A stretch of DNA of 64,000 nucleotides from Chloroflexota bacterium (GTDB taxonomy: Bacteria > Chloroflexota > UBA11872 > VXOZ01), in contig OZ242329.1 of assembly GCA_965208315.1 (NCBI GenBank), positions 630,913 through 694,912 on the forward strand. The letters run 5' to 3'. A program made the translations under genes and the position numbers. The notes beneath the pieces were generated by a model that searched no databases, was not told the DNA's origin, and worked only from the letters and a program-made list of their open reading frames with translations. This document shows, piece by piece, positions 20,706-30,231 of this stretch. Positions within the stretch are counted from its first letter, which is position 1. Every line of letters begins with the position of its first letter.

Positions 20706-21086
20706 TCAACGCGGCCTCATTTGCAGAGAAACCGGTTTCGGTACCGCTTCATTTTCACACGCGCGGTCAATTGGAACTTCCGGCTCGGCGTCGCTCTGCT
20801 CAATGTACTTGTGCTCGATGAGCCAGGCTTCGACTTCTTCACCGGAAACATCGATGAGCACATGTTCGTCAATTGCTATACAAGGCTGCATCGTCTGTCC
20901 GGTGCGTTTCACCATCTCAGCGTAATTCGCCGCATTATTGATTATGTCGCGATCGTCGTAGGCAAGCCCGTATTTCTGAAAGACGGCTCGCACACCATTG
21001 CTCCAACCGCAAAACGGCTTCATCCAGGCAACGATGGTTGGGTTTTCAGTCTTGCTTTGTTCAGGCCTCGTCTCTGCTTGCGCCAT
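20706..21086 (-). CDS. Monothiol glutaredoxin-family protein (CGWS)
   Basis: KPFCGWS...TGQTMQPCI; RBS AAGGA before ATG 21086. Confidence 0.8.
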   Translation of the reverse strand: MAQAETRPEQSKTENPTIVAWMKPFCGWSNGVRAVFQKYGLAYDDRDIINNAANYAEMVKRTGQTMQPCIAIDEHVLIDVSGEEVEAWLIEHKYIEQSDAEPEVPIDRACENEAVPKPVSLQMRPR

Positions 21087-21197
21087 CAAAGGTCCTTTTG
21101 ATCGCTGATAGCTCTTTCCCATGGGGCTAATCCAGCCCTAAGACACTAGTATAGAGTATTCTGGTGTTGCGCGCTACCTTCCCGTCTGAATTTAACT

Positions 21198-23087
21198 CTA
21201 TTTGCTTTCAATCCAGATAGGACTTGCCCAGGCAGCGTTGCCGTCTTTCTGAAACACGCGAGCATAGTAGTAGGCCGGCTCTTCTGCGGGGCGATCGTTC
21301 CATTCAAGCTCGCATGCGGCACCGTTGACCGATAGGGAGTGAACTTCCTCTCCATCGCGAATCACGTCAATGCGATCGATTTCGTTCGCGCCAATCGCGG
21401 CCACGCGTATCGTGAATTCTGCTTCCGCTGCGATGGCACTGCCCATGATCGCGCCATTGACGCTGAAGTCAAGCAGAATGTGCTCGCACGTGGTGGCGTA
21501 CGTCCTGCGTGCCAGCAAAGCTTCCCACAAAGACTCCCTCGTGCACTCGCTGGCAAGGACGGCAGTTATGCCGCCCACGGGACGCAATCGGAAGCTAATA
21601 CCGCCCATGGTATCCATGCGTGATCCGGGATGACCGCGGTGGTTGTCGGTGCCCCCGACAAAGCCCAAGCGCAGCCCTTTCGCCAGCGCGCTGCGCGCCG
21701 AGGAGCCCTTACCGCCGAGGACGACGGGCCCGCCGATTTCTTCCACTTCGAAAGAGCCGCGCAACTGACATATTTCAATGTGGCGCTGAAACTCGGGATG
21801 ATGCGCGCTCCAATCCGTCGGCTGCCAGCGGCCAAATGTCGTGCCTCCCTCTGAGTGCGTATTCGGGTGGTGTGGAATGACAAGGGCTCGTCCCGGTGGC
21901 AGTTGGTCCCAGAGGTCATTCGCGTCGTCTGGCGTGGGACAGGGCATGTCGTCATCGAGATAGAAGACGTTGCGGTGCCCGTAAGCGCCGGCCCAACTGT
22001 ATTCGTAAGCAAGGAACGCGGTGAACTCTCCAGGCGCGTTATATGCTTTGGCACACTCCTGGGTGCGCTCCCAGTCCTTGCTGCCCTCATGGTCGGTAAT
22101 CGCCACAAAGTCCAGGCCGCTGATGTGCCGCGCATACCAGTAGGCGTCATCGATGTCACGGACCCCGTCGCCGGATAGATTGGTGTGATTGTGGAGGTCA
22201 CCCCAGTAGATGTTGAATCCGCCCGGTCGAAAGTCCGGCGCGACCGGCCAACTCTTGCCGATGATACCGCTGGCTTCATCCCGTGCCCGCACCAAATACG
22301 GACCTGATCGTGCCGGGACGCCGATTTGCGCCAGTGCCAGACCCCGCTCTCCCGTAATGGCGGAATCTTCGGCTATTGGCGTACCGTCGCTGCTTTTGAC
22401 GGTCTCAAGCTTGAGCGAACCATGAAATCCCTCGCACACGTTGCCGAAAGCATCTCTGGCGTGTATGAAAACTTGTGCCGGATTAGACTCTGCTGCAAAC
22501 TGCGGCACGGCAATACCGAGCGTGGCCGGCGCAGCGGGCAAGACCTCTAATGCCGGTTGCTGCCGCAACGGAAAGTGGCGTCCCCCGCCGGGGACGGGAT
22601 AGTCCGGGTTGCTGTAAGCGGTATTGCCTTCAATGTCGACCCCCACCGCAAAGAACGTATCGACACTGATGATGTCCTGAACCTGTGCCGGCTGACGGAA
22701 ACCGGAGACGTAACTGCCGGGATGACCGAGCGTGACCGTCAGCGTGTCCCCGCCACGCAGCGGCTGGCCTTCGAGCACGGCATAGATGACGGGAAACTGC
22801 GCATGGTGGTAGGAGAGCGGGTGGCCGTTTACGACCTCTACGCGGACGCTTGATCCCGCCACGCTGGTGGCGGCAACTACGTTGCCCACGTCCCAGCGCT
22901 GCTTCTCGCGGTGCGGCGGCGCTATACGCACCCCACCCCCCAGCGCAATGCCCTGCGCGCCAACGGTTACCACGATGTCCCACGTGCCGTATTGGCCAAC
23001 CGTGACCGGATCAGCCGGCGTAATGCGGGCAATGTAGTCGGCCGGCGCTAGTCCGGCGGTCTGTTCATGGATGGAATCTGACTTCAC
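21198..23087 (-). CDS. PHP-fold CehA/McbA/DUF3604-like metallohydrolase
   Basis: WGDLHNHT, ITDH, GHRNV, IPHH, GGTDNH, RRTYAT and AWASPIW motifs. Confidence 0.85.
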   Translation of the reverse strand: MKSDSIHEQTAGLAPADYIARITPADPVTVGQYGTWDIVVTVGAQGIALGGGVRIAPPHREKQRWDVGNVVAATSVAGSSVRVEVVNGHPLSYHHAQFPVIYAVLEGQPLRGGDTLTVTLGHPGSYVSGFRQPAQVQDIISVDTFFAVGVDIEGNTAYSNPDYPVPGGGRHFPLRQQPALEVLPAAPATLGIAVPQFAAESNPAQVFIHARDAFGNVCEGFHGSLKLETVKSSDGTPIAEDSAITGERGLALAQIGVPARSGPYLVRARDEASGIIGKSWPVAPDFRPGGFNIYWGDLHNHTNLSGDGVRDIDDAYWYARHISGLDFVAITDHEGSKDWERTQECAKAYNAPGEFTAFLAYEYSWAGAYGHRNVFYLDDDMPCPTPDDANDLWDQLPPGRALVIPHHPNTHSEGGTTFGRWQPTDWSAHHPEFQRHIEICQLRGSFEVEEIGGPVVLGGKGSSARSALAKGLRLGFVGGTDNHRGHPGSRMDTMGGISFRLRPVGGITAVLASECTRESLWEALLARRTYATTCEHILLDFSVNGAIMGSAIAAEAEFTIRVAAIGANEIDRIDVIRDGEEVHSLSVNGAACELEWNDRPAEEPAYYYARVFQKDGNAAWASPIWIESK

Positions 23088-23270
23088 TTGGTATGGTGAC
23101 CTCTGCCGCCTGCAACTCTACCGAAGATGCTCGCTGAATTCCCCCCAAACTTTGTAACAAACGGCTTGTTGTCGGTCGTTTGAAGGGCGTAAGCGCGAAG
23201 CTCAAACTCAGGCTCAATATCCATGTCGGGCGTATTCACTGAGTCAACGCTATAAAATCCCGCCAACTAT

Positions 23271-24227
23271 TCACCGTCGAGTGAGCTTTGGTCCTACGTA
23301 GGCTATATACAGGGATTCGTTTGCACTTACGGGCCATGAAAAGTGAATTCGAAGTGGCTGTTGCGGCATTCCCGCCTTGCCGTGCCACGTGCAGAAAAGG
23401 AATTCACCTTCTTTGTCAGGATGCGGAAACGTCAAGGCTTCTTTGAATTTCGATTTCTCAGTATCGGATGAATCGGAAAACCAAGACCTGTCTCCTGTGA
23501 AGTGCTGCTGGTAAATGTCGCGACCTTCTGGTGTGCGTTCACCTCGTGCGTTGAAGCAGTTCTTGAGCTTGTTGAGGACGGCCAGTCGCAAGAACAAGCT
23601 GCGTGCTGCGCTTCTGTTGAACGGCTGACCCTGTAAAGGAGCAAAGCTACTTGGTGTAAACGACAGTCCTTCGTAGCGAGTTCGAGCAGCCGCTTCTAGA
23701 TCTGCCCAGGATGCAAGTTGCATGGGCTGGGCGGCAAGTGCAGACTTGAGCGTCTTAGGATCCCAGAAATTAAGTACGTCAACGCATCTTGGTTGTTCGG
23801 CTTCCCACCATTGAACCACCAGTGGCGAAGTTAGCCAAGAAGAAGGTTCCACGCTTACAGCGCTACACTCCACATCGTGGAATGTGCGATAGGCGGCCTC
23901 ACCAAGGCCGGTATCAGTTACTGCTTCTCCGTTGCACTCTAGGTAGTCGTCCTCTCCATGCCAACGAAGGTCTACCCAAAAGGGGCCCTGGCGCGTAAGC
24001 CACTGCAGTAAGGAACTGCGTTGGTCTCTGCGCAAGTGCTGCGCGGTCTGTTGTATTGTCCCTACTGGCGTCACGAGCGCGTTGGCGGCATTTCGGGTAC
24101 ACTGGATGTCCCGCCCAAAGCCCCATGCTATAGTCCGCATCGTCATCAAACGCCCGATGGCCTCTTGAAAGACCACTCGGTCGTGAAATTGCCCATGGAG
24201 TGAGAGGTCATTGAAGAGAAGATCCAA
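23271..24227 (-). CDS. Menshen NsnC-like effector with a C-terminal RelE-like region
   Basis: Third gene of the DUF262/ATPase operon; GGAAGG RBS then TTG start (MDLLFNDLS); C-terminus WHGK...LRIHFSWP...LYIAYVGPKL. Confidence 0.7.
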   Translation of the reverse strand: MDLLFNDLSLHGQFHDRVVFQEAIGRLMTMRTIAWGFGRDIQCTRNAANALVTPVGTIQQTAQHLRRDQRSSLLQWLTRQGPFWVDLRWHGEDDYLECNGEAVTDTGLGEAAYRTFHDVECSAVSVEPSSWLTSPLVVQWWEAEQPRCVDVLNFWDPKTLKSALAAQPMQLASWADLEAAARTRYEGLSFTPSSFAPLQGQPFNRSAARSLFLRLAVLNKLKNCFNARGERTPEGRDIYQQHFTGDRSWFSDSSDTEKSKFKEALTFPHPDKEGEFLFCTWHGKAGMPQQPLRIHFSWPVSANESLYIAYVGPKLTRR

Positions 24228-24264
24228 CAGATTGATTGTCCTTCCGTCTGAAATAGCCCAACTA

Positions 24265-25518
24265 CTAGAACGGGGAGTCGTCCTGCTCCATGAACCCCTC
24301 TGATTCGTCTTCTTCAATCCATCCTGCGAAGTAGCTTGCGTCCTTATCGAATTGGTCGAAGAAGCCATCCGGCCAGTCGTCAATGTTGCCGGAGTGATCC
24401 ATTACGGGGCTCAGCACTTGGGCGTGCTCTTCGGACCGAAGTCTAAAAAAGTGGATGGCGACTTGATCGGCAGTAAGCCGCTCTCTCTTGACGGCGCGGC
24501 GCACGCCGTTCAGCACGTGATCGCTGTGTGTTTCTACGAGCACCTGTATGCCTGCGCACGCAATATCGGCTATGAATTGTCCCATCTGTGCTTGGCCTGC
24601 AGGATGGAGATGCACCTCGGGATTCTCAATCAAGATGATGTCGCCCGGAGCAGCGGAAAGGGCAGCCACTACAATTGGTAGGGTTTGGGTGAGGCCAAAA
24701 CCCGTGTGAATAGGACTATGGAATCCAGTAGTATCCGACGTGAGCAGTCCCAACGTGACGGCGTTTGCACGCGGTGCTTGCTGCAAATCCAGGGTGCAAC
24801 CCGGGAAGAATGTGCGCATGCGCTCTTGCACCTGCCACAGGCGAGTAGCGAACACACCCGACAACGCAAGTTCATCCGTAACTGGTTCATCCCGGCCCCA
24901 ATGCAGAACACTCACTGCATGTTCACCCCGCGGGCCGACGACGTTCACGACATGAGGGTCTTCGAGCGGATAAGTCTCTTGGGGCACGATCCGTTCCGCG
25001 GTAATGTACGTCAGGCCCCGCAAGTGATTAATCAGCGAGTACAGTGACTTAACCTCGTCCGGTGGCAGCACTTTTGGCAAATACTGAGGATCGTTTGGCG
25101 TGGGGCCGAACATTCCCTGGGAAATTGTTGGTGGCAGCAAGTAGTGCAACACCTGGGGCCGCTTAAGTAGGTGGCCATTGACGGAAACACTCCGGATTTC
25201 CATAGACATATCGCGCCGATCGCCCTCAAACTCCCATGCACAGTAGCTCTCGTCGTAGCCCAAATTAATGCCGAATTTGTCCCTACCGAATACCTCGTCG
25301 ACCACGTCCGACCTTGTTCCCAAGCGCACGCCGGCGCCGTTAAGCGCGAGTCTGGTCGACCACTCATGCTCGCGCATAGTCTGATGCAAAAGCACGAGTG
25401 CCTGAAGAACCGAAGACTTGCCGGAGGCGTTCAGTCCCGTGAGCAGGGTTAGCGGCGCAAGGGGAAGTCGCAAGATCTTGAAACACTTGAAGAAGCGCAG
25501 TTCAAGCTGAGTGAGCAC
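24265..25518 (-). CDS. ABC/AAA_15-type ATPase with DUF3696 C-terminus (Menshen NsnB-like)
   Basis: Walker A GLNASGKS, GFGLTQTLP, Walker B/D-loop LIENPEVHLHP, ETHSDH and WPDGFFDQ. Confidence 0.88.
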   Translation of the reverse strand: MLTQLELRFFKCFKILRLPLAPLTLLTGLNASGKSSVLQALVLLHQTMREHEWSTRLALNGAGVRLGTRSDVVDEVFGRDKFGINLGYDESYCAWEFEGDRRDMSMEIRSVSVNGHLLKRPQVLHYLLPPTISQGMFGPTPNDPQYLPKVLPPDEVKSLYSLINHLRGLTYITAERIVPQETYPLEDPHVVNVVGPRGEHAVSVLHWGRDEPVTDELALSGVFATRLWQVQERMRTFFPGCTLDLQQAPRANAVTLGLLTSDTTGFHSPIHTGFGLTQTLPIVVAALSAAPGDIILIENPEVHLHPAGQAQMGQFIADIACAGIQVLVETHSDHVLNGVRRAVKRERLTADQVAIHFFRLRSEEHAQVLSPVMDHSGNIDDWPDGFFDQFDKDASYFAGWIEEDESEGFMEQDDSPF

Positions 25519-26593
25519 CGAATACTTCCTCTAACATCTTATTAACCATCTCAAAACGATGCTTTACCTGTTTCACGCTATTGGGACTGTAAGTAATGGA
25601 GTACTCAAATCCTTCGTCCCGCAAGAGTCGATAAAACCCTTCTTTAAGTTCTCCCGCATTGGCTCTAACGATTTCTCGTGAAAACCGCGACAGTCCTGTC
25701 GTCATGACATCCCAAAGGGATGCATTAAGCACGTTCCGATGCTCTTGCTCTGGAACGTGCTTTCGAAACGCGTGCTTTCCAAATAACTGGTAGTTATTGT
25801 GGAGTGTGGTCTCCAGCTGCTTTGACAAGCCAGACAAAATCTCCGTTTCAGCGTTCATCCTCTTTAAGCATTCCGCGAGAAACTCATCCATATCACGATA
25901 TGAATTGATTTCAAGCGTTTGGAAAGCACAGAACCGGTTGAGAAACTCTCGATCTCGCATTGTTGAACTTCTAAGGCTCTTGCCAGTAGCTTCCAAGAAT
26001 AGTGGTGTACCAGACTCTGTCTTTAGGAAACGAGTTGCTTCTCCCATGTACAAACAGTTACGCATCTGCTGTCGGGTAAGAGGCACACCCCCGTTTACAC
26101 GCTCAAAAATATCTAGTCTTGCTTGTTCTGGCACCTTCGCATCAATTACATAGAGGATGAGATTGCAATCTTCGATGCGGTTTTGCAGTTTGGGTGTCAA
26201 ATCGTCGAACTTCTTGCGATCTAACGCCTCTCTATCAGGAAGTCGTAGCCGGAGCTCATTATTGACAAACCGTCGGAAAGTAGAAAGGCGCTGTAATCCA
26301 TCTACAACAACCATTCGTCCTTGGCTATCCTCGGCGAGGTAGAATACAGGGAGGGGTATCCGCATCAGGACAGACTCGATTAGCTTGCTCTGTTTAGCGT
26401 CATCCCAGATGAAGTCACGTTGAAAATCCGGATCCATGACGAACTGGTTCTGCTTGATGCGACGCAGGACATCATGTATCGTACGCTGGTCATTGCGAAT
26501 CAGCAGAGTGTCTATGGGGTAGTCACCCCAAGTTGAAGAGTCAGGATCACCCAGCCCTTCGATTTCCTCCTCTTCTGTGATGTAGTTCTGCAT
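25502..26593 (-). CDS. DUF262 (ParB-like/GmrS-like) protein (Menshen NsnA-like)
   Basis: PDFQRDFIW, SKLIES, VVDGLQRL and IFERVNGG motifs; overlaps the ATPase gene by 17 nt. Confidence 0.9.
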   Translation of the reverse strand: MQNYITEEEEIEGLGDPDSSTWGDYPIDTLLIRNDQRTIHDVLRRIKQNQFVMDPDFQRDFIWDDAKQSKLIESVLMRIPLPVFYLAEDSQGRMVVVDGLQRLSTFRRFVNNELRLRLPDREALDRKKFDDLTPKLQNRIEDCNLILYVIDAKVPEQARLDIFERVNGGVPLTRQQMRNCLYMGEATRFLKTESGTPLFLEATGKSLRSSTMRDREFLNRFCAFQTLEINSYRDMDEFLAECLKRMNAETEILSGLSKQLETTLHNNYQLFGKHAFRKHVPEQEHRNVLNASLWDVMTTGLSRFSREIVRANAGELKEGFYRLLRDEGFEYSITYSPNSVKQVKHRFEMVNKMLEEVFGAHSA

Positions 26594-26700
26594 TGGGCAT
26601 GTACCTTCTAACTCAGCCGCATAGGCGACCCTTGTCTCATCACCTCTATGCTATAGTAATCTTGCATCCGTCGTTGGACAAAAGCAGACAACGACGTTGT

Positions 26701-28578
26701 CTAGGGGCTTTGAATCACCGGCAACACGATATGCGATGGACGCCCCGGTTCGTGAAAGACCGTGTTGTGCGCTTCCTCGAGCCGCGTGTGGCGGCCCAGC
26801 GGTTCGCCGGTGTTGGGATTGACGTCGAAGCGTGGGAAGTTGCTGCTGGAGACGTCCAGCCGGATCCGATGGCCCTGCGCAAAGACGTTGCTCGTTGGAT
26901 ACATCTCGATGGTGAGGGGCGTCGGGACGCCCGGCTCGATCAATTCCGCCTTTTCGCGGCTGTTACGGTAACGCGCCCGCTGGATGCTATCGGTAACATT
27001 CATGGCGAAGCCTTCGGGGTAGTCGCCGTTGGGCGGGTGCACGTCGAGCAGCTTCACCGTAAAGTCGGTATCGACGGCAGTTGAGCTAATCCACAGTCTT
27101 ACGGTGAGCGGGCCTGTGACTTCGATGTCTTCTTCGAGCGGCGGCGTTTGAAATACCAGGACGTCGGGGCGAGCAGCGAGCGGCAGATTGCCGCTATACC
27201 CAAAGAAGCGTTCGTCGCCGCGCTGGTCGTAAGCCCCCGCCACGAGGACGGGGTCGCCCGCCGAGAGATTGCCGCCAATGGTCGGAACGGGATGGGCCGG
27301 ATCGAAGGTAAATGAACTCTGTCTTTCTTGTTTAGTGGGTGATGGTGTATCTGGGCTCAGGCCGCCGTCGGCGTGGAGGAAGTAGGGTGTCCACGCGGTA
27401 CGCGCGAGCGGCCACTCATCTTCAGCCCGCCAGTGCCCGCCGTGGTCCAGCCGACCGTCGCTGTTGCGCTGCCCGCTGCCGCCGCCCATGACGAAGATTT
27501 GCACGGGCTTGGTTTGAGCAACCCCTGTGTCTTTTCCTTTGAGCCAGTAGTCGTACCAGTGGAGCCGCAACTCGTTCATGTCGTAGATTGCGGCATCGCG
27601 GCCAAAGTCGACGTCGCCGGCATGGGAGACCTCGGCGCTGCCGGTGCCGTGGGTGAAGGGGCCCATGATGAGCGACTGCGGCGAGTCCTTGCGCGCGCTT
27701 AATTCGACATAATTCGTGCATGTCGAGCGCGCGTAGGAGTCGTACCAACCGCCGAAGTAGACCGTAGGCACGTCGGCGTGCTCGTCGTAGAAGAGCTCCG
27801 GCCCATACCCGGGGCGTTCCCAATACTCGTCCAGGTCGCCATGGGTGAGCACGTCCAGGTGCCACCCTTCGTACGTGGGCAGTTCGGCCAACGGCGACAC
27901 GCCCTTCTTGAGTGGCGCGTTTTCCACCCACTGCGCCACGTTGGCAAAGGCGTTATCCAGGCTCTGGCGCAAGCGCGGGTCGCTGAGGGCTTCCTTGCTC
28001 GTGGTCGCCATGCGAAAGGCATAGATCATGAAGCGCATCTCGCACGCGCCGTTGTGCCGCATGGAGGCGGTGTGGTAGTTCCACGGTCCTTCTTCCACGA
28101 ACATGCCCGCCAGACCGGGCGGGTTCAGTGAGGCGAGGGCGCTCTGCGTGCAGCCCGCATAGCTGCATCCGGTGGTGGCGATCTTGCCGTTTGACCATGG
28201 CTGCTCCACGATCCAGGCGCAGGTGTCGTAGCCGTCTGGCCCTTCATCGCCAAAGGCATACCACTCGCCTTCTGAGGTAAAACGTCCCCGCACGTCCTGG
28301 ATCACCACCACGTACCCCCGCCGCGCGTAATAATACCCCTTTCGCCGCAGACCGAGGTTCGTCTTGTCATACGGGGTGCGCTCGAGAATGACGGGGAATT
28401 CCCCTGCAACCGCTTCCAGCCCTTCCTGCGTCAGGCCAACACCTCCCTGACTGCCTTCAGCCGGCAACGCCGGACGATAGACGTCTGTACCCAGTTTGAC
28501 GCCATCCCGGGCGGTCATCATCACATTTCTATCGACCACCACGCCGTATTCTTGTGAAGATCCATTCTCTTCAGTCAC
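26701..28578 (-). CDS. CocE/NonD family serine hydrolase
   Basis: RDGVKL, RTPY, QDVRGR, GCSY nucleophile, GGWYD and SSSNFPRFDVNPNTG motifs. Confidence 0.93.
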   Translation of the reverse strand: MTEENGSSQEYGVVVDRNVMMTARDGVKLGTDVYRPALPAEGSQGGVGLTQEGLEAVAGEFPVILERTPYDKTNLGLRRKGYYYARRGYVVVIQDVRGRFTSEGEWYAFGDEGPDGYDTCAWIVEQPWSNGKIATTGCSYAGCTQSALASLNPPGLAGMFVEEGPWNYHTASMRHNGACEMRFMIYAFRMATTSKEALSDPRLRQSLDNAFANVAQWVENAPLKKGVSPLAELPTYEGWHLDVLTHGDLDEYWERPGYGPELFYDEHADVPTVYFGGWYDSYARSTCTNYVELSARKDSPQSLIMGPFTHGTGSAEVSHAGDVDFGRDAAIYDMNELRLHWYDYWLKGKDTGVAQTKPVQIFVMGGGSGQRNSDGRLDHGGHWRAEDEWPLARTAWTPYFLHADGGLSPDTPSPTKQERQSSFTFDPAHPVPTIGGNLSAGDPVLVAGAYDQRGDERFFGYSGNLPLAARPDVLVFQTPPLEEDIEVTGPLTVRLWISSTAVDTDFTVKLLDVHPPNGDYPEGFAMNVTDSIQRARYRNSREKAELIEPGVPTPLTIEMYPTSNVFAQGHRIRLDVSSSNFPRFDVNPNTGEPLGRHTRLEEAHNTVFHEPGRPSHIVLPVIQSP

Positions 28579-28693
28579 TGCACTTCCTCTTTTCGATGAC
28601 TAGCATAATTCTAGAACCCAAGGCACTGCTACACTGCTATAGTTGGTCTACAGATTACCAGAAACCACGGACTTTGTGTGTGGGAGGGATTCC

Positions 28694-29773
28694 ATGCCCA
28701 TTTGGAAAACTACGGAAACTGGTCTGCAGCAAATCTCAAATACGACGTTGTCCCAGCAGGACTTCTTGGAAGAGCACTTGGAGGATTGGATAATTGCTAA
28801 TCCGGACTTCTTGGAGGAACCGCTTCTCATCATTGGTCATCAAGTTCTGATACCGGACATTGGAGACAGAATTGACGTATTGGCGCTTGACCGTGACGGT
28901 AATTCCGTGATCATCGAATTGAAGCGCGGTCAACTTGCAGATCCCGTAGACATGCAAGCATTACGCTATGCGAGCTACGTGTCACGCTGGAGCTTTGCAA
29001 ACTTTGAACAACAGGCCAAGGAATACTATGGTGCAACAAATGATGCTGACTTCAGTCTCCAGGATGTGTTCGAGCAGTTTTGCGCTGAGGGTGATATTGA
29101 GGACGTTCCTACTCTGAATGCCGACCAGCGTATCATCCTGGTTGGATCCGCCATACGCGACAAACTGGGTAGCGTGGCGCTCTGGCTGCGAGAACATGGT
29201 ATTGACATTAAGGCAATTGAGGTTCAGGCATACGAAGAAGGATGTGCAACATTCTTGCAGCCACGTGTCATAATCCCTTTGCCGGTTGACCGTTTTCAAA
29301 GCGTTGGCACAGGGGAAGCCAGCGATGTGCGCTCTTGGATAACTAACGGTAGGCGGTGGCATCTGGAAGAGCGGTGCGGCCCTAAGGCAAGTGAAATGCT
29401 CGTTAAACTTACAGACCTAATTGATGAAACGTGTGTCGAAGCTGACGGCCCACATTGGAATCAAAAATTCTATGTTTCGTATCGGGTCGGTAATCGCATT
29501 TGGTTGAGAATCACGACACAAAAGACCAGATTAACACTGCAAGTGTTGACGGAAGCGGGAACTTTCTCCCAAGCAGGTCTGGCTCAAAAACTGGGAATAT
29601 GTGAATTCCCACTTGACAGCACGCTGGCGGAAAAGTTGCGCTTGCCTAGCTCGGTCTCAATCGACGAACAAAACCCATGGATCTGGTTAAGCATTAAGGA
29701 GGATTTCGATCCGAATTCGCCAGCGTTCCGCGAATTTCTAAGGGAAGCACAAGCAGCATTTCCCAGGGCATGA
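28694..29773 (+). CDS. NucS/DUF91-like PD-(D/E)xK endonuclease with an additional C-terminal domain
   Basis: EEHLEDWI...RIDVLALD...VIIELKRG...QALRYASY; GGGAGG RBS; visibly more AT-rich than its flanks. Confidence 0.8.
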   Translation: MPIWKTTETGLQQISNTTLSQQDFLEEHLEDWIIANPDFLEEPLLIIGHQVLIPDIGDRIDVLALDRDGNSVIIELKRGQLADPVDMQALRYASYVSRWSFANFEQQAKEYYGATNDADFSLQDVFEQFCAEGDIEDVPTLNADQRIILVGSAIRDKLGSVALWLREHGIDIKAIEVQAYEEGCATFLQPRVIIPLPVDRFQSVGTGEASDVRSWITNGRRWHLEERCGPKASEMLVKLTDLIDETCVEADGPHWNQKFYVSYRVGNRIWLRITTQKTRLTLQVLTEAGTFSQAGLAQKLGICEFPLDSTLAEKLRLPSSVSIDEQNPWIWLSIKEDFDPNSPAFREFLREAQAAFPRA

Positions 29774-29798
29774 CTTGGTTACAAGAATGTCCAGGAGT

Positions 29799-30110
29799 TC
29801 AGAAAAGGACCACTTGCTCTGCGAGAATGCGCTCGCGAAGGCGCGGGTAGATTGAGTTGTAGGTCAGTATGTCAACTTTGCGGCCTAATGCTTGCTCCAG
29901 GTCTAAGCTGAGCCCGGCAAGATCGAGCAGACTCGCTCCCGCAGGCATATCTACGAGTAGATCAATATCGCTCTCTGGCCCAAGCATCCCGTTGACCACC
30001 GAGCCAAATAGCCCGGCTCGCTGTACACGGTATTGTTTTAGTATCGGCACCACGACATCCTCAACTGACGCAATGGAAAGTGGGGATTCTTGCTTTGCAT
30101 CAAGACTCAT
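29799..30110 (-). CDS. Minimal nucleotidyltransferase (MNT/MntA-type antitoxin)
   Basis: GLFGS..G..GPESDIDLLV...LGRKVD; 103 aa. Confidence 0.88.
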   Translation of the reverse strand: MSLDAKQESPLSIASVEDVVVPILKQYRVQRAGLFGSVVNGMLGPESDIDLLVDMPAGASLLDLAGLSLDLEQALGRKVDILTYNSIYPRLRERILAEQVVLF

Positions 30111-30231
30111 GTGCCTTGCCCTAGTTCGCAACCTGCCACCTATTCTGAGGAACACAGCGGAACTCTCTTGTGGCAGTAGTTCCTGTTCTCAATGCGATCA
30201 TAACGAGACTATTGCAACCATGTCCACATGT

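Noticed and set aside
23084-23266. 60-aa ORF between the Menshen-like operon and the DUF3604-like gene
   Set aside because: TTG start, no RBS or motif; cannot be supported as a fourth system component.
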